A stretch of 64,000 nucleotides of DNA from Octopus bimaculoides (taxonomy: Eukaryota): NCBI RefSeq assembly GCF_001194135.2, contig NC_068984.1, forward strand, positions 19,139,873 through 19,203,872, written 5' to 3'. Position 1 is the stretch's first letter; each line of letters starts with the position of its first letter. A model generated the notes under the pieces. The model ran no database searches and was not told where the DNA came from. It was given only the letters and a program-made list of their open reading frames with translations. A program made the position numbers and the translations under genes. This document shows, in pieces, positions 1 to 12,574 of this stretch.

Positions 1-249
1 CCTTCCATGTAGATGTGTTTTCATTAAAAGAAATGTATGGTGAACTAGAAATTTGATCTTGAACATAAGAAGAAAGTATAGACAGCCATCAATCAAGAGA
101 GGATGGGGGTGGCTTGGAAGTGTGTATCTGTGTTTTGGTTCTATGATTTATGTGTCTATGATAGTTGTGAGTAGACATAGATATCTTCTGTGTCCTCTCA
201 CCCTTGACCCAATCCAACATACCAAATGAGAAAGCTGGAGGAAGAGAGG

Positions 250-444
250 GCAGCAGTAGCACCTGGTTGGTACTCATTACAGGTAAGTGAACAAGAACAA
301 CGTGAAATGAAATATCTTGCTCAAGGTGCTGACTGTTCCTGAAATTGAACCCAAAACACATTGCATCACCTGATTCAGGAATTGAACTCATGACCTTGTG
401 ATCATGTGTCAAGCGACCCTAACCACTAGGCCAAACCCCTTCAC
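250..444 (-). mobile_element. tRNA-derived SINE fragment
   Basis: A-box-like tagtggttagg and B-box-like gagttcaattcc on the minus strand; core shared with 8010, 22963 and 39381 copies. Confidence 0.7.
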
Positions 445-865
445 AGCTTAACTAAAAACCTAAACTGTATCTTGATACTGGGCTGATGAGGAAGCATCTC
501 CATGGTTAGTCGATCTGCTAGAAATAACAACCAAATCCTTATCATATCCTGCCACCTTAAAGATAGAGAAAAATTCATTCAATAATGTAATCCCAAATGC
601 ACAAACATCTGGAAAAAGTAGGAAGCATAGACACAGCTGTGATGTCTTTGGTCATTGATGTTCTATAACAGGTCTGACCTGGGGTTAAACGACAACAACA
701 ATAAAACTAACTAATTCACAATATGCCAATGAATATTTGTGGACAGTTGAATAAAATGATATGACTGATTACATCTGGTCATTAAACTGTGCATCCAGAA
801 TTTAAAAAAGAACTTGTCAATTAAAATGTGTTCATATGAAATTTTAGTGAAAGAAAATGTGGAAA

Positions 866-867
<2 letters not shown>

Positions 868-906
<39 letters not shown>

Positions 907-1230
907 TGAGTGAGAGAGCAGTGCATGCCATCAAAGTGACACTGGGGTAAAATATACGAAGCCCATTATACCTATCATGACTACCCATCTGATAAGGGTA
1001 CACCAGGCACATATGCATCACAACCATGTGTGCGCGACATGGTGATATCATATCAAGATAAACAGTGCATGACCTNNNNNNNNNNATGGCTATGATGCTC
1101 CCCCAATACTTCTGCTCATGATCAGAGATGCACATATCGTCAGCCACCAAGGGACATGCTCAACTGGTTAAGGTCAAACAACTGACAAGCAAATCTGTGG
1201 TATTGAGCAGAATATTTGCTGTAGCCCTAT
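868..1230 (-). mobile_element. (TAA)n-tailed retroelement 3' fragment, family unassigned
   Basis: GC-richer block between two (TTA)n tracts; recognised as a repeat from memory only. Confidence 0.45.
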
Positions 1231-1242
1231 TATTATTATTAT

Positions 1243-1610
1243 TATAATAATAATAATAATAATAATAATTTGACTCAGGTTTGGTCTTATTCCTGGCAGG
1301 ATTTATGTGGGTAGCAGGTTACGACCTGTAACCTTAGTTATCCACTAGCTTTCAATAGACTTTCAAATGCTTAGAAACTACCTGATAATCTTTTCTGTCC
1401 CTAAGAGGCAAACTTTCTGTAGAAACTCTATGGGACATTCTTTTCCAATCCCCTTCAACCATTTGTCTACATCTTTACTAACAGTTCCCAATGAACCAAT
1501 TATTATAGGCACAACCTTTACAGTTTTCATTTTCCAAATTCTTGTAATAGTTATTATTCTGGCTTGGCTCAAGTTTGGTCTTATTCCTGGTAGAATTCAT
1601 GTAGGTAGTG
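1243..1610 (-). mobile_element. R4/Dong-like RLE LINE 3' fragments with (TAA)n tails
   Basis: WKMKTVKVVPIIIGSLG...LQKVCLLGTEKIIR; the 43-bp 3' end is duplicated (1272-1314, 1566-1608). Confidence 0.75.
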
Positions 1611-2495
1611 GGTCGTCTCCTTCATTGGACACGAAACTCGGCTTGCGAAGACCTGTTGGGGCAAGCGAAAGCGAAATCGTGATGGCACCTGTACCAGTGC
1701 AGCGCTAAGAGCACCATTTGAGTGTGATTGTTACCAGCGTCGCCTTCCTGGCACTTGTGCTGGTGGCACATGAAAAGTCATTNNNNNNNNNNNNNNNNNN
1801 NNNNNNNNNNNNNNNNNNNNNNNNNNNNNNNNNNNNNNNNNNNNNNNNNNNNNNNNNNNNNNNNNNNNNNNNNNNNNNNNNNNNNNNNNNNNNNNNNNNN
1901 NNNNNNNNNNNNNNNNNNNNNNNNNNNNNNNNNNNNNNNNNNNNNNNNNNNNNNNNNNNNNNNNNNNNNNNNNNNNNNNNNNNNNNNNNNNNNNNNNNNN
2001 NNNNNNNNNNNNNNNNNNNNNNNNNNNNNNNNNNNNNNNNNNNNNNNNNNNNNNNNNNNNNNNNNNTGTTCTAGAGAATGTTTAAGAAAACATAAGAAAA
2101 TCATGAGTTTGTTTTAAAATTTGAGATTACAAAGAAAGTATTTTATGTACATCAAAGCCTGACAACTCATTGCTTCAAAAGTTTAAATTAATTGGTGAAA
2201 GCAATTCATTTAACATAATGGAAGCTATTATTGAACACTATCTTTCAAAATTAATACTGCTTGGTACAGACATTAAGGAGATTTCGAGTGTCCTTGAAAA
2301 GGTATGTTCTTCTAAAAATCGTTTGAATTTTTTGTGTAACTGTTTGGTGAACTTTGAAAAAAAGAAAAGAAGCTGAAAAAGCTGTCTCTTTTCCTTTCCT
2401 TTTTTTCTGTCGTCTTCCTTTTTCTATTTTTTTCTTTCTTTCTGCCTGTTATAAAACTTAAAAAACTGATGATGTCATTCCATCACCTCTTGTTT

Positions 2496-2536
2496 TGAAC
2501 TTGACAAAGACAGACGTACTGTTGAAATATCGTTCA
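2496..2536 (+). mobile_element. Solo decayed hammerhead-like motif, same family as 49189-49229
   Basis: TGAAC-TTGACAA-A-GACAG-acgta-CTGTT-GAAA-TATC-GTTCA; stems are retained but the core is mutated. Confidence 0.55.
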
Positions 2537-2839
2537 ACGAATAAAATATCTATACAATCGAATCGCGCTCTTCGTCTTGACTATTATTATTATTATTATT
2601 AGTAGTAGTAGTGGTAGTAGTAGTAGTAGCCAACAATAACAAAGTTTAATGTATTTAGTGCTCAGATGCACTACAGTGAGAAAGGGTAAACAAAGATACA
2701 GAAAGAAGCACTAAGTCAAGTAAAGAAAGACAGCAATGAAAGCTAAATGAGCATGCATAGTATATGGAATTAAACAAAAAAAAACAAAAAAAAAACACGA
2801 AAATAAGAGCAAAAGAGCAATAAAGAGGAAACTATTGGT

Positions 2840-3600
2840 GAATTTCAAGAAGTATGGAATTTTTTAAGGATGCCGGTAACTTATTCCATGCTTTGGCAAT
2901 TCTGAGTGTGAAAAAAGTGTTTCTAAAAGTCATGGGTGCTGCACAGTTTTGTTAATTTTTTAAAGAATGTCCATGAGTGGTAAATGTATTGGATTTTAAA
3001 AAAATGGCAAACGTTGTAGCTGGAAACATCGTAGAAATTTTGTGGGCTTTTACCAAGTCAGCTAATAGATATTGAAACTTTAGTATGTCAATACTCTGAG
3101 AAATAAAATGCTCAATATATGGTGACTGATAGATGGTATGTATCTGATTGCATGTCTCTGGACAGCTTCCAGCAAATTAATATTCTGGACGACAAGATGA
3201 CGGTTTCTAACTAGAGATGTAAACTGTAAGTATAAACATACATACCCATATTATAGCTTTAAATAAATAACTGGTTACTGACTGACAAAGGTTTTACACC
3301 TTCAGCCATTTGGATGGTTTTAGAAATGTTCATCCAATTCCAATGCACATCACTGTTGATAATAATGTTTAGGTCACATTCACCTACAGATTTCTTGAGG
3401 GAGGTGTTGTGAAGGGAGTAGGTAAATTCCAGGTTCTTTTCTTCCACAATGTACAGTGATGCACTTGTCTACAGCCAACATGAGCTGTCAGTCAGTAAAT
3501 AATCTATTGCTATATTGTGTCCAGATCAGATTGTAGGAAAGATCTATAGCACATAGGATCCGTTCTGTTTATCCCAAGGTACAGCTTCAAACATTGATTG
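2840..3600 (-). mobile_element. CR1/L2-group LINE 3' remnant
   Basis: Minus strand: ECDLNIIINSDVHW...SKTIQMA (DLGV-SDL-W motif) and AKAWNKLPAS. Confidence 0.7.
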
Positions 3601-4149
3601 TTTTTGAAATGTTACTTTCTTCCAAGAATCATGTATAATTTCTAGCATTATTAAAGAAAATTATGTAATAATCCTATTTGGAGTGGATTATTACACCAAG
3701 AGAGATGAATGCAAACCAAAGAAGTTTTAAAAAATAAATAACCTGAATAAATAGATGTTCTTATTTTTATATTTAAATGATATTTATATTTTACTTGATA
3801 AAAAGCAATGTAAAAAGTACATTAATTTCAACTATTGCAATTTCTTTTAGAATCAGTATGGCATTGTAATTTACATTTTGATTCCATAATTAATCTAAAA
3901 TTTCATTATTATATTGAAGAATTTATGGTTTTGTGCCTATGACAGGAATAATTTTTTTCATTGTACAATATGTACAAAATATTGGTTTTGTTGTTTTTTC
4001 TTCTTGTTAACTGTCAAGTATTGACAGAAGGTCTCAGATAGGAAATACCTTTCCAAAAATATGTGCTGTCTCAAAGAGGGAGATTTATGGAGTGCTCATA
4101 TATCTGTCTTAATGTTCAATTGTTCCAGGTGGTATGATAGATTTAAAAA

Positions 4150-5190
4150 AAAATTTAACCCTTTGCTCTGATGACAATCTGTACTACCTTTACTGTTGCT
4201 GCCAAACATCTGCACATTTTCATTATCTCTATTTTTAAATCAACATATTTTGAATTTTTTTCTACTTCTTTGTCTGCAATGTCTTTGCCTGAAGGTATTG
4301 CAACGTCTATTATGAAGCATTCTCTATTTTTTTTTATGCAAAGCATAATGAATTCTGGTCTACAGTGTTCCATTGTTCTGTCTGGATTTGAAAATCTCAT
4401 AGAATTTTGGCTTTACCAGATTAATTTAGAGCCTTATCTAGTACATGATAGTATCACTTGTTTGAAGTTTTATATCCATATATTTTTACAATGTAACCAC
4501 TGTAAATTGAGATGAACCTTATCATGGTATTGCTTATGTTCTTTTTAAGATAACATTTTGTAACCTCTTACAATCATCATCATCATTCCATATCTATTTT
4601 TCATGCTGGCATGGGTTGGACAGTTTGACAGGGGCTGGCATACTGGAGAACTGCACCAGGCACCATCTGTCTGTTTTGGCATGATTTCTATGGTTGGATG
4701 TCTTTCCTAATATTTTGCAGTGTCTTGGATGCTTTTTAAGTGATACTAGTATGGCAGCTTTTTATGTGGCACCAGCATGAGTGCATTTAATGAAGTGTCA
4801 CCATGGGCCTTTTTTTTTACATGGTATTAGCATGTGTGCTCAATATTTTCCTCTCATTGATTACATTGGCAGCACTTGTTCACTGAAGTAGTGTTTAGAG
4901 TTTGATTGTGAGAAGCTACAAACAAACTTTCAATTTCATTCTTTAAATCTCCACTCTGGAGCCACTTTCCATGATGAGTCAAATTTTTCACATTCTACAG
5001 GGTGTCCACATAGTCTGGGTACATCTTAGCTTTCTACAATCTCTTCACCTCTTTGGCTAGGTCCTGATATTTCTTAATTTCTGTTTCAATTTCTTTGGTA
5101 GTATAGCAAAGTCTGTGATCTTATAGTTTGTTTCTTTTGTCCTGTATAATCATAACTAATCTTCTTGATTCAGTTGTATGGTCAGTCTTT
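4150..5190 (-). mobile_element. R4/Dong-like LINE fragments interrupted by a SINE (about 4575-4850)
   Basis: RPEFIM...CFIIDVAIPSGKDIADKEVEKNSKYVDLKIEI (RLE domain); a second RLE fragment at 5000-5190. Confidence 0.8.
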
Positions 5191-5215
5191 ATGACTATTA
5201 TCATTATTATTATTA

Positions 5216-5251
<36 letters not shown>

Positions 5252-5409
5252 GGAAGGGCAGGCGTTAGGAAGGGCATCCAGCTGTAGAAACTCTGCCAAA
5301 TTTAGATTGGAGCCTGGTGTTGCCATCCGGTTTCACCAGTCCTCAGTCAAGTCGTCCAACCCATGCTAGCATGGAAAGCGGACGTTAAACGATGATGATG
5401 ATGATGATG

Positions 5410-5451
<42 letters not shown>

Positions 5452-7465
5452 ATTCTGCCATGGTTGACTTTGCTTTTAATCCTTTTGGGGTTCGATAAAA
5501 TAAGTACCAGTTGAGCACTGGGGTCGATGTAATGGACTTACCCCTCCCCTGAACTTACTGGCCTTGTGCCAAATGGTGAAACCACCCCCACCACCACCGC
5601 CTTCGTCGTCATCATCATCATCATCATCAAAGTGGTGGGCTGGCAGAATTGTTAGAGCATCAGACAAGAATGCTTTGACATTTCTTCTAACTCTTTACAT
5701 TTTGAGTTCAAATCCCACTAATGTCAACTTTGCCTTTTATTCTTCTGAGGCCAATACAATAGTGTACCATTAGAGCATCAGACAAAATACCTGGTGGTAT
5801 TTAAATATAGCCCTTTATATTCTGAGTTCCAATCCTGCTGAGATCAACTTTGTCCCTCATCATTTTGGAGTTGATAAAATAAGTAAGGCAGAGGGTTATA
5901 TATAATTGACAAATTCCTCTTCCCAATTTTCTGGTCTTGTACTATTTTAAGAAATTATTATTAATATAATGACAGTATTAAACACTTTTAATACATACAC
6001 AAATATAGAAAAGTGCTAGCTATAATATCTTGTCTCAGATAAACTACTATCCGAGAGTTTTTGTGTTAAAGATTAAGATGTTCCTCAGAATGTTATTGGT
6101 AGATTGTCAAAAAAGGCACAGATGAATTCTGTTTTTAATACACAAATCTCAATGGGAAGCTCCCCTTTGACAAAATAATACAGGTAATGTCATTCTACAC
6201 TTTTATATTCATTATAAATGTTATGCATATCATTAATTTGATTCAACACAGTTTCAAGTTTGTACATTAATTTAATTCTAGCCTGGTCAGTCTTCATACA
6301 AATCCATAAATATTTTATTTAATAATTTCATTTAATAATTTCTATATTGGAACAAGCAAATCAGAACGCCTGGTGGATGATTGCCATTAAGGGGATCAAA
6401 TCAGGCCAAAACACTGGTGTCTGATGATCTGCTGATAACATTCTGAGTGAGCTTTGTGTTTTTTAACACAAAAGTTTCTTTGAGATGCCTCTTAAAGATA
6501 AAATATCACAGCTAGTACGATTCTATATTTATATATACAATATAAATATTATACACATCATTATTCTAATTTAATGTGGTTTCAAGTGTATATGTAGAGG
6601 TATTATTAATATTATTACCATTATTCACGATGATGAATTTGGAAAATCATTACAGCATCAGACAGTCTTTATGTTCTAAGTTTAAAACTCACTGAGACAG
6701 ATTTTGTATGTGAATCTATTAAAGAGAGAGATAGACTAAGTTCATTGTCTGCCTCTGGCCATTATTTTAATGAGAGACTGTTATACTTTAGTGAGCCTAC
6801 TATGAATGAGGTTAAATGTTATTTGGGACTCTTTCTCTTTTCATAGATTCATTCAGTTTGCTTCAGTAAAGGTACAGACGTGCTTTAAACAAGTATTGTT
6901 TCTTATTTCATTTTTCTTGCCTATTTCTTTCTTACTCTTCTTTGAGAAAAAATTCACCCAAAATATCAGTCTACTTCTTTTCGTTTTCTTTTTTTCAGCA
7001 CACTCTGCCCAACTTTTAATAAATAATTTTCCTTTTGTGTATTTATATTTTGTCCACCTGTTGTAACCTCTCATGTCCATCTGTCTATTTCCTATTCCGC
7101 TCATTGCATTTGAGCTATTTTACTTATTTACATATATGTATATAATATAAGCGATGTTGTTCATTTCCAGTCTTTTGTGGAAAAAACATGTCTGACTGAG
7201 GGGAAATACTACCTTGCCTCTTAACAGATGAGGGTTGGTGACAGGAAGAACATCTGGTCAAAGGAAGTCTGTCACAAGGAATTCTATTTGACCCAGGCAA
7301 ATATAGAAAAGTGGACATTAAAACAGTGATGGTACACACATGCACACACAAACACATACACATGTATGCATCCACACATGTAAACATGCAAGCATGCATC
7401 CACACATGTAAGCATGCATGCATGCACACACACGTACATGCACACACACGCATGCGCGCGCGCAC

Positions 7466-7496
<31 letters not shown>

Positions 7497-8009
7497 AAGT
7501 GGAACCTGCTTATTTTTATCAGGGATAGTATTAAAATCAAAATAATGACTCACAGAATCATTATTTGTTTGTTGAATGTTATCAGCTGATTATTATTATT
7601 GAAANNNNNNNNNNNNNNNNNNNNNNNNNNNNNNNNNNNNNNNNNNNNNNNNNNNNNNNNNNNNNNNNNNNNNNNNNNNNNNNNNNNNNNNNNNNNNNNN
7701 NNNNNNNNNNNNNNNNNNNNNNNNNNNNNNNNNNNNNNNNNNNNNNNNNNNNNNNNNNNNNNNNNNNNNNNNNNNNNNNNNNNNNNNNNNNNNNNNNNNN
7801 NNNNNNNNNNNNNNNNNNNNNNNNNNNNNNNNNNNNNNNNNNNNNNNNNNNNNNNNNNNNNNNNNNNNNNNNNNNNNNNNAGCGAGTGCGTTGCCAGTGC
7901 TGCTGGACTTGCCCCTGTGCAGGTGATACGTAAAACCACCATTTGAGTGTTGTTTCCACACAATGTAGTCCTCCAGGAGAATTATATATGTGTGTGTGTA
8001 TGTGTGTGT

Positions 8010-8279
8010 GAAGGTGCATGACTTAGTGGTTAGGGTATTGCATCCTCAATTGTGAAATCATGGTTTCGATTCCAGGTCATGCATTGCTTTGTGTTCTTGA
8101 GCAAAGCACCTCATTTCACATTGCTCTGTGATCATTTCATCATCTAACATGTGGCACATGGTGCACCTGTACAAATAATGTTGATTTGATGGAGGGATTA
8201 CTATAAACAAATCATCTGCATGGTTTTTCAGCAAGAAATTGTTGAACCCTCATACGTCATTTAATGATAAGAGAATCCA
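8010..8279 (+). mobile_element. tRNA-derived SINE
   Basis: gaaggtgcatgacttagtggttaggg...ggtttcgattcc...ttgagcaaagcac. Confidence 0.75.
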
Positions 8280-9267
8280 TGATATNNNNNNNNNNNNNNN
8301 NNNNNNNNNNNNNNNNNNNNNNNNNNNNNNNNNNNNNNNNNNNNNNNNNNNNNNNNNNNNNNNNNNNNNNNNNNNNNNNNNNNNNNNNNNNNNNNNNNNN
8401 NNNNNNNNNNNNNNNNNNNNNNNNNNNNNNNNNNNNNNNNNNNNNNNNNNNNNNNNNNNNNNNNNNNNNNNNNNNNNNNNNNNTAGGAATATTACTATTC
8501 ACAACAAAATAATAGGTAACAAACCAGTAATTCATTGGATATTTTCTATCCCTTAAGGTGGTTATTTTAATCTCTATTTAAATTTATATATATATATATA
8601 TATATAGAAATATAAAAACAGAAAATGGAGAAGCATCAATGAACAACAATTGACTTACATCAATTATTATTTATTAATTCAACACAAATAGACTGCATCC
8701 TATCTAACAACTGTTTCTGTTTCAAATGTTGTATGATATTGATGTGCTAAAATCATCATCATCATCATCATCATTTAATGTCTGCTTTTCATGCTAGCAT
8801 GGGTTGGACGATTTGACTGGGGACTGGCGAACCAGATGGCTACACCAGACTCCAATCTGATCTGGCAGAGTTTCTACAGCTGGATGCCCTTCCTAGCGCC
8901 AACCACTCCGAGAATGTAGTGGGTGCTTTTTACGTGCCACCGGTACAAGAGCCAGTCTGGCGGTACTGGCAACAGCCATGCTCAGATGGAAGATATTTAT
9001 CATATTTGATAATAAAACCGATCTGAAACATGGAGCTTCATCAGAGTGAAGAATAAATAAAGAAGAAGAGGATTCTTGATAAAGTCATGTTTATCTTTGT
9101 CTTTACCTATAATTTATAAGCATAATATGCTTGCATATGTATGCCCATGGTTAAAAATAGGGAATATAGCAGTAGTGTAATGGATACTTCTATCCTTTAT
9201 CTATCCCTTAGACTGTTATTTTTAACCTCTAACTCAGCTAATCTTTGATATATATAAATATATTCAT

Positions 9268-9303
<36 letters not shown>

Positions 9304-9379
9304 GCATACATATATAAATATGTACATATATATATATATATACAAATATATACATATATATATATAAATATATTCATAC

Positions 9380-9410
<31 letters not shown>

Positions 9411-10223
9411 TGCACATATATATATATTATATTATTTGATTGAACGCCAAGCATCCATTTTGAAGTTTATAAATATACACACACATGCACACAGTGGCCT
9501 TCATACACACATACACACACACACACACAACACACATACACGCATATATATATACATATGTGTGTGAATGTGTTTGTGTGTGTGTGTGTATATGTGTGTG
9601 TATGAAGACCATTCTTTCTGTTTGTTTAATTATTTACATAGACATACAGTCAAAGCATTGTCTACCTGTCAAGTCATTATGCATGCTTAGTGATTATATA
9701 TCTTACGTAAGCTATAGTTGTACTACTTTGAATCATTTGCTTCTATTTAATATATATGTTGGTTGTCAACTTGGTTTTGAGCATAACCATCTCCTCATTG
9801 TAGAGATATGTCTATAACAGGTTAGGTTTTCCATCAAAAGTCCTCCGTTAAGTAACTTGCTTCACTTTTGTTTCAGATTATTTTTGTGACAAATGTAGTG
9901 TATAACTTTGTTAACAATCATACCAAAAGCAGTTCTGCTCTTGTATATTTTTTCCAAATGGATTTTCAGCCTGGCACCAGATGAGCACATATTTGGACAT
10001 GAAGGCCAGCAGTTCTTGGGGGGGCTTTCAGATCTGTGTGTATATAAGCATCTTGTGTTTGTCTCTCAATATGTGACCTTTCATGGAGGACAAGTCCATG
10101 TTTTGTAAGTGTAATGTCATTACAGATGATAGGCCCTCTACCATGCAGAACTTCAACTAGCTGCTGTTTTCCCACATTATGTTTCATGATTTGATAAGCA
10201 ATTCTAATTTTCTCAAACTGCAG

Positions 10224-10826
10224 ACTATTCTTCTTGGTTATAAACCACCATTTACTTCTGTTTATGGTAATACGTTTCTAAAGAACAGAGCTGATATTTT
10301 AAGACTTAAAGGTTTTTTTTTGCTTTCTTGTGACATCATAAAATCTCATTTTTGGTTTGTGTTAGGGAAGCTTATCGAGAACTAATTCTCTATAAAATAA
10401 TAGCTACCATGTTTACTTCAGATAAATGTGCACATGTAATTGTGTATTTGGCAATCGTATTTGCCATGAAATAAGATTTTAAGTCACTGTGTTTGCATTT
10501 AAATTTCAAGACGGAGTGGGTTAGGAAAGAAAAGAAGAAAAAAAAAAAACCTGAAAAATTAAGTTAATTTATTTCTTCTCTTATTTTCTTCAGTGTCTCA
10601 ACAATCTAATTTTCTTCCTTATCTTTCTATGAATGATTAATTTTCTTTTTAATTAATTGAAAACGAAACTATAACAGATATGCTTTGCTCAGAAAAATGT
10701 GAAGATGTGATGATAGATTTCTTGTTCAAACTTTTCTTTAAACAAGTTTCCAATGTCAAGAAAGACAACATGAGGAAGTCTGAGTTATTGCCCCTCTTAG
10801 ATATTTACTCATTCTCCCAAATCCAG
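10224..10826 (+). CDS. Two candidate exons (10224-10266 or -10311; 10678-10826) of an unidentified plus-strand gene
   Basis: AG/GT boundaries and a compatible phase-1 junction: TILLGYKPPFTSVY(GNTFLKNRADILRLK)DMLCSEKCEDVMIDFLFKLFFKQ...YSFSQIQ. No family recognised; the second acceptor has a weak pyrimidine tract. Confidence 0.35.
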
Positions 10827-11139
10827 GTATCATTGTGATTTGCTATAAATTATTGTTAGCTATTGTTGTAATTGTTTTTTAAGCAGCCTGATATATGTTG
10901 AGGAAAACAAGTTTAATTTATTTCAGATGGAGTAGAATTTTGCCTGGCATGAAAACTTGAGTTACTGTAATTATATTAATTAAACCATTTGAAATTATCA
11001 TGCAAATTAAGAGTTTTCACTTGCTGAAACTTATCTACACAATATCAGTATCTGTGTATATGTATCCATATATCAGTGTATGTGTGTGTATATACATATA
11101 TGGTCAATTCAAATTGACCTGCTTACTGGTATGAACATC

Positions 11140-11684
11140 ATCCTGAGCCAGTCATTGAAGGTAAAAATGTCACTATCTTCTGGGATTTTCCAGTCAACAA
11201 TGACAGAAAGATCAAGGCTAATTGACCAGACATAATTATTAAAGACAGGGAAGAAAATACTTGTAGACTAATAGATGTAAGTATTCCCACTGATGAAAAT
11301 ATATCTGTAAAGGAATTTGATAAATTAAGTAAATATAAGGTCTTGAAAATTGAAATACAAAAAATGTGGCATCTTAAAGCGAGAACTGTTCCTGTTATTG
11401 TGGGTACCGTAGATATAATAAAAAAAAAAGGGATATCAGAAACATTTAGATAAGATCCCAGGAGAACCATGTCTCAGAGAAATCCAAAAGATTGTGCTGA
11501 CAAGTACTGCCCACATCCTTAGAAAAGCCCTATCCATTTAAATGTCTGTGTTTATATGAAGATACTTCACTACTGCTCCTGCCAAGCTTTCAGTCATACT
11601 GTAATATCTCTTATCCTTCACTCGCTTCAGGACACTGGTGTGTCTTGGCAAGTGATTGTAATAAACATGCAGATTAAAAGTAAA

Positions 11685-11743
<59 letters not shown>
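11140..11743 (+). mobile_element. R4/Dong-like LINE 3' end with (TAA)n tail
   Basis: Plus strand FWDFPVNNDRKIKAN*PDII...LIDVSIPTDENISVKEFDKLSKYKVLKIEIQKMW. The supplied minus-strand ORF 11138-11470 is its antisense shadow. Confidence 0.85.
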
Positions 11744-11744
<1 letters not shown>

Positions 11745-12193
11745 GACATGAGTATTCCTTGCGATCATAATATAGCAGCGAAAGAATTTGACAAGATCAG
11801 TAAATATAAAGACTTGCTAATAGAAATTGAAAGAATGTGGCATCTCAAGGCGACTACTGTACGAGTGATTGTAGGATCTCAAGGAATGATAAAAAAAGGT
11901 ACTGAAACCTATTTGAAAATGATACCAGGCCTACCATCCTTACAGAAAATGCAAAAAATCGTGTTAACTGGAACGACTCATGTACTGAGAAGAGCATTAT
12001 CACTTTGAAAACAACATCCATTCATGAATTTATTTATTTATTAATTTTTTTAAATACATGTTTTACCTGTGAATTTGCGTGTGTAAACTGGGAATGCATA
12101 CAATGAGCTTCTCTGCCCTAGGTGTACGGAAAACACTCGGCGAGAAATGGAAGAAAATTTGAAGAAGAAAAAAAACAATATAATAATAATAAT
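11745..12193 (+). mobile_element. 5'-truncated R4/Dong-like LINE inserted in the tail of the previous copy
   Basis: SIPCDHNIAAKEFDKISKYKDLLIEIERMWHLKATTVRVIVGSQG...LRRALSL*, then 3' UTR and (TAA)n. Confidence 0.85.
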
Positions 12194-12430
12194 CCTTTCA
12201 ACAATAGGCACAAGACCTGAAATTTGGGGGAGGGGACTAGTTGATTACATCAACCCCAGTGTTTCACTGGTACTTAAGTTATCGACTCCAAAAGGATGAA
12301 AGGTAAAGTTGTCCTTGGTGGAATTCGAACTCAGAATGTAGCAACGGGCAAAATATCAAGAAGCATTTTGCCCGGCATGCTTACAATTCTGCCTGCTCAC
12401 CACCTTTAATGATATGGAAGCTTGTCTGAT

Positions 12431-12463
12431 GGGAAATCGAACCCTGGTCTCCCATGTGACAGC
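12431..12463 (-). pseudogene. 3' half of a tRNA-Asp(GTC)-like sequence
   Basis: Minus strand gctgtcacatgggagaccagggttcgatttccc resembles eukaryotic tRNA-Asp (CTGTCACGCGGGAGACCGGGGTTCGATTCCCC); the 5' half is absent. Confidence 0.5.
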
Positions 12464-12574
12464 AAATTGAGAGACCAGGTAGAGGCTCTGTTGTTGGATT
12501 GCACACATAAGGAATATAGATGTCAATAACTAAATAAATATTCCACACACCTTTCTTTCCAATTGTACATATAA

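Noticed and set aside
481-510. CTGATGA followed by a short stem
   Set aside because: No GAAA after the stem; not a hammerhead.
7150-7300. Exon-like segment on either strand
   Set aside because: In-frame stop, and similarity to a repeat fragment at about 55640-55730.
9020-9055. Minus-strand CTGATGAAGCTCC motif
   Set aside because: No closing stem II or GAAA found.
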